Below, piece after piece: positions 62,846 through 64,000 of a DNA stretch of 64,000 nucleotides. The translations under genes were made by a program, and so were the position numbers. This DNA comes from an uncultured cyanobacterium. Lineage in GTDB: Bacteria; Cyanobacteriota; Cyanobacteriia; Phormidesmidales; Phormidesmidaceae. Below the pieces are notes generated by a model, which was not told the origin of the DNA, did not search any database, and saw only the letters and a list, made by a program, of their open reading frames with translations. Where the stretch lies: assembly GCA_963793265.1 (NCBI GenBank), contig CAWBZI010000002.1:544001-608000 (forward strand), written 5' to 3'. Position 1 is the first letter of the stretch. Each line of letters starts with the position of its first letter.

Positions 62846-64000
62846 CTATCGGGCACCCCTCCAGAGGGGATTTACTTCTGGCTGGGCTGGTGAAGGTGCT
62901 GGCTTTTTAGCTGACTCTATCAGTCCTTGATAAAGCGTTCGATATTGCTCAGCCTGGCGGACGAGCGTAAATTTATCCTCTACCGTCTGCCGAGCGTTTT
63001 TAGAAAGGGTTTGAAGGCGCTCGGCATCTTCGAGCACCCAGGCAATCCCGTTTGCTAAGTCAGCAGCGTCAAAGCAGATGGCGGAATAGCCGTTATGTTT
63101 ATGGATGACTGAATCCTTGAGGCCAGTAGCATTGAAGCCGACAACTGGGGTGCCGCAGGCCATGGCTTCTATTGTTGTTTTTGCGAAGTTGTCTTGAATA
63201 GAAGGCATGACGAAAACGTCGGCGGCGGCATAGGCGATCGCTAACATCGTGTCGTCGTGCAGGCGACCTAAAAAAGTAGTCGGCAGTTTTAGTCCTAAGT
63301 CTTTGGCGGGTTTGTCTGTGCCGAATATGGCGAGTTCTAGGCAATCGCTCTCAGAATAACTTGCAAGGTGTTGCAGGGCGCTGTGTAGGTGCTTGAAACC
63401 TTTGCGAGGGTCGGCAGTGGGGCTGAGGGCTCCGAAAAGGATAAGCTTTTTGTGCTGTGGGAGGTTGAGAAGGTTACGGGCGATCGCCTGCTCAACTGGC
63501 CGATATTGCTCGGCATCGATCGCATTAGGAATCACCTGAATCGGGTATTTAGAAAACAAAGCACTTTGCCGAGCGCAGTCAGCTAGCCAGTGGCTCAATG
63601 GTGCTAGGGTGATATCTAGATTTTTCCAGGCAGATTGTTTTCGCTGCCACGTTTTGTAAGCAAGGTCGTGGGGTATCTCAGAGCCCAGCGCTGGGCATTG
63701 GCCGCAACCCGTTTGGTAGGCCGTGCAGTCACCTGAGTAGTGACAGCCTCCTGTGAAGGCCCACATATCGCGCATCGTCCAAACCAAATGACGAGGGCGT
63801 TTTTGTTGAAATTTGACGAGATCTTGAGGACGGAGAAGGCCGCCTGCAACCCAATGTAGGTTAATAATATCGGGGTCGATAGCTTCGACTTTGGCAGCGA
63901 TTTTGCTGGGATAGATAGCCGGAGAGAACGCGCCAGGCTTTTTGCTTTTGTAGCTTTTGAGCGGCCAGTATTCGTAGGTTTGGCGAAGACCCGCAAGCAC
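62846..64000 (-). CDS. GT4 glycosyltransferase (5' end outside window)
   Basis: WTMRDMWAFTGGCHY, RKGF, PSIQDNFAKTTIEAMACGTP. Confidence 0.92.
   Translation of the reverse strand: MLAGLRQTYEYWPLKSYKSKKPGAFSPAIYPSKIAAKVEAIDPDIINLHWVAGGLLRPQDLVKFQQKRPRHLVWTMRDMWAFTGGCHYSGDCTAYQTGCGQCPALGSEIPHDLAYKTWQRKQSAWKNLDITLAPLSHWLADCARQSALFSKYPIQVIPNAIDAEQYRPVEQAIARNLLNLPQHKKLILFGALSPTADPRKGFKHLHSALQHLASYSESDCLELAIFGTDKPAKDLGLKLPTTFLGRLHDDTMLAIAYAAADVFVMPSIQDNFAKTTIEAMACGTPVVGFNATGLKDSVIHKHNGYSAICFDAADLANGIAWVLEDAERLQTLSKNARQTVEDKFTLVRQAEQYRTLYQGLIESAKKPAPSPAQPEVNPLWRGAR

Overview
A 64 kb, gene-dense chromosomal segment of a cyanobacterium. Evidence for this is the abundant HIP1 octamer GCGATCGC, prk, petH with a CpcD-like domain, a CYP38-like PPIase and a PEP-CTERM protein. 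A Leptolyngbyaceae/PCC 7335-like organism is inferred, not verified. Most genes are housekeeping: nudC, holB, tmk, pgsA, sbcC, rpmF, thiL, efp, accB, rnd, trpB, glk, yebC, trmB, tamB, a gyrA paralogue, prk, petH, hom, prmC, rpmB and htpG. No rRNA, tRNA, CRISPR array or transposase was recognised. Main observations: (1) base composition repeatedly flips from G/T-rich to C/A-rich across HIP1 sites, regardless of gene strand, suggesting a HIP1-anchored strand-asymmetric mutation or repair process; (2) a deletion joins modA to the middle of modC at a HIP1-like octamer; (3) an AT-rich, HIP1-poor hpsA plus four-pseudopilin cassette has a frameshifted hpsA and a SigF/SigJ-like promoter; (4) prmC has two frameshifts and a GGDEF/EAL pair is split; (5) several small palindromic dispersed repeats, an unannotated 39-aa membrane ORF and an aspartic-protease remnant are present.
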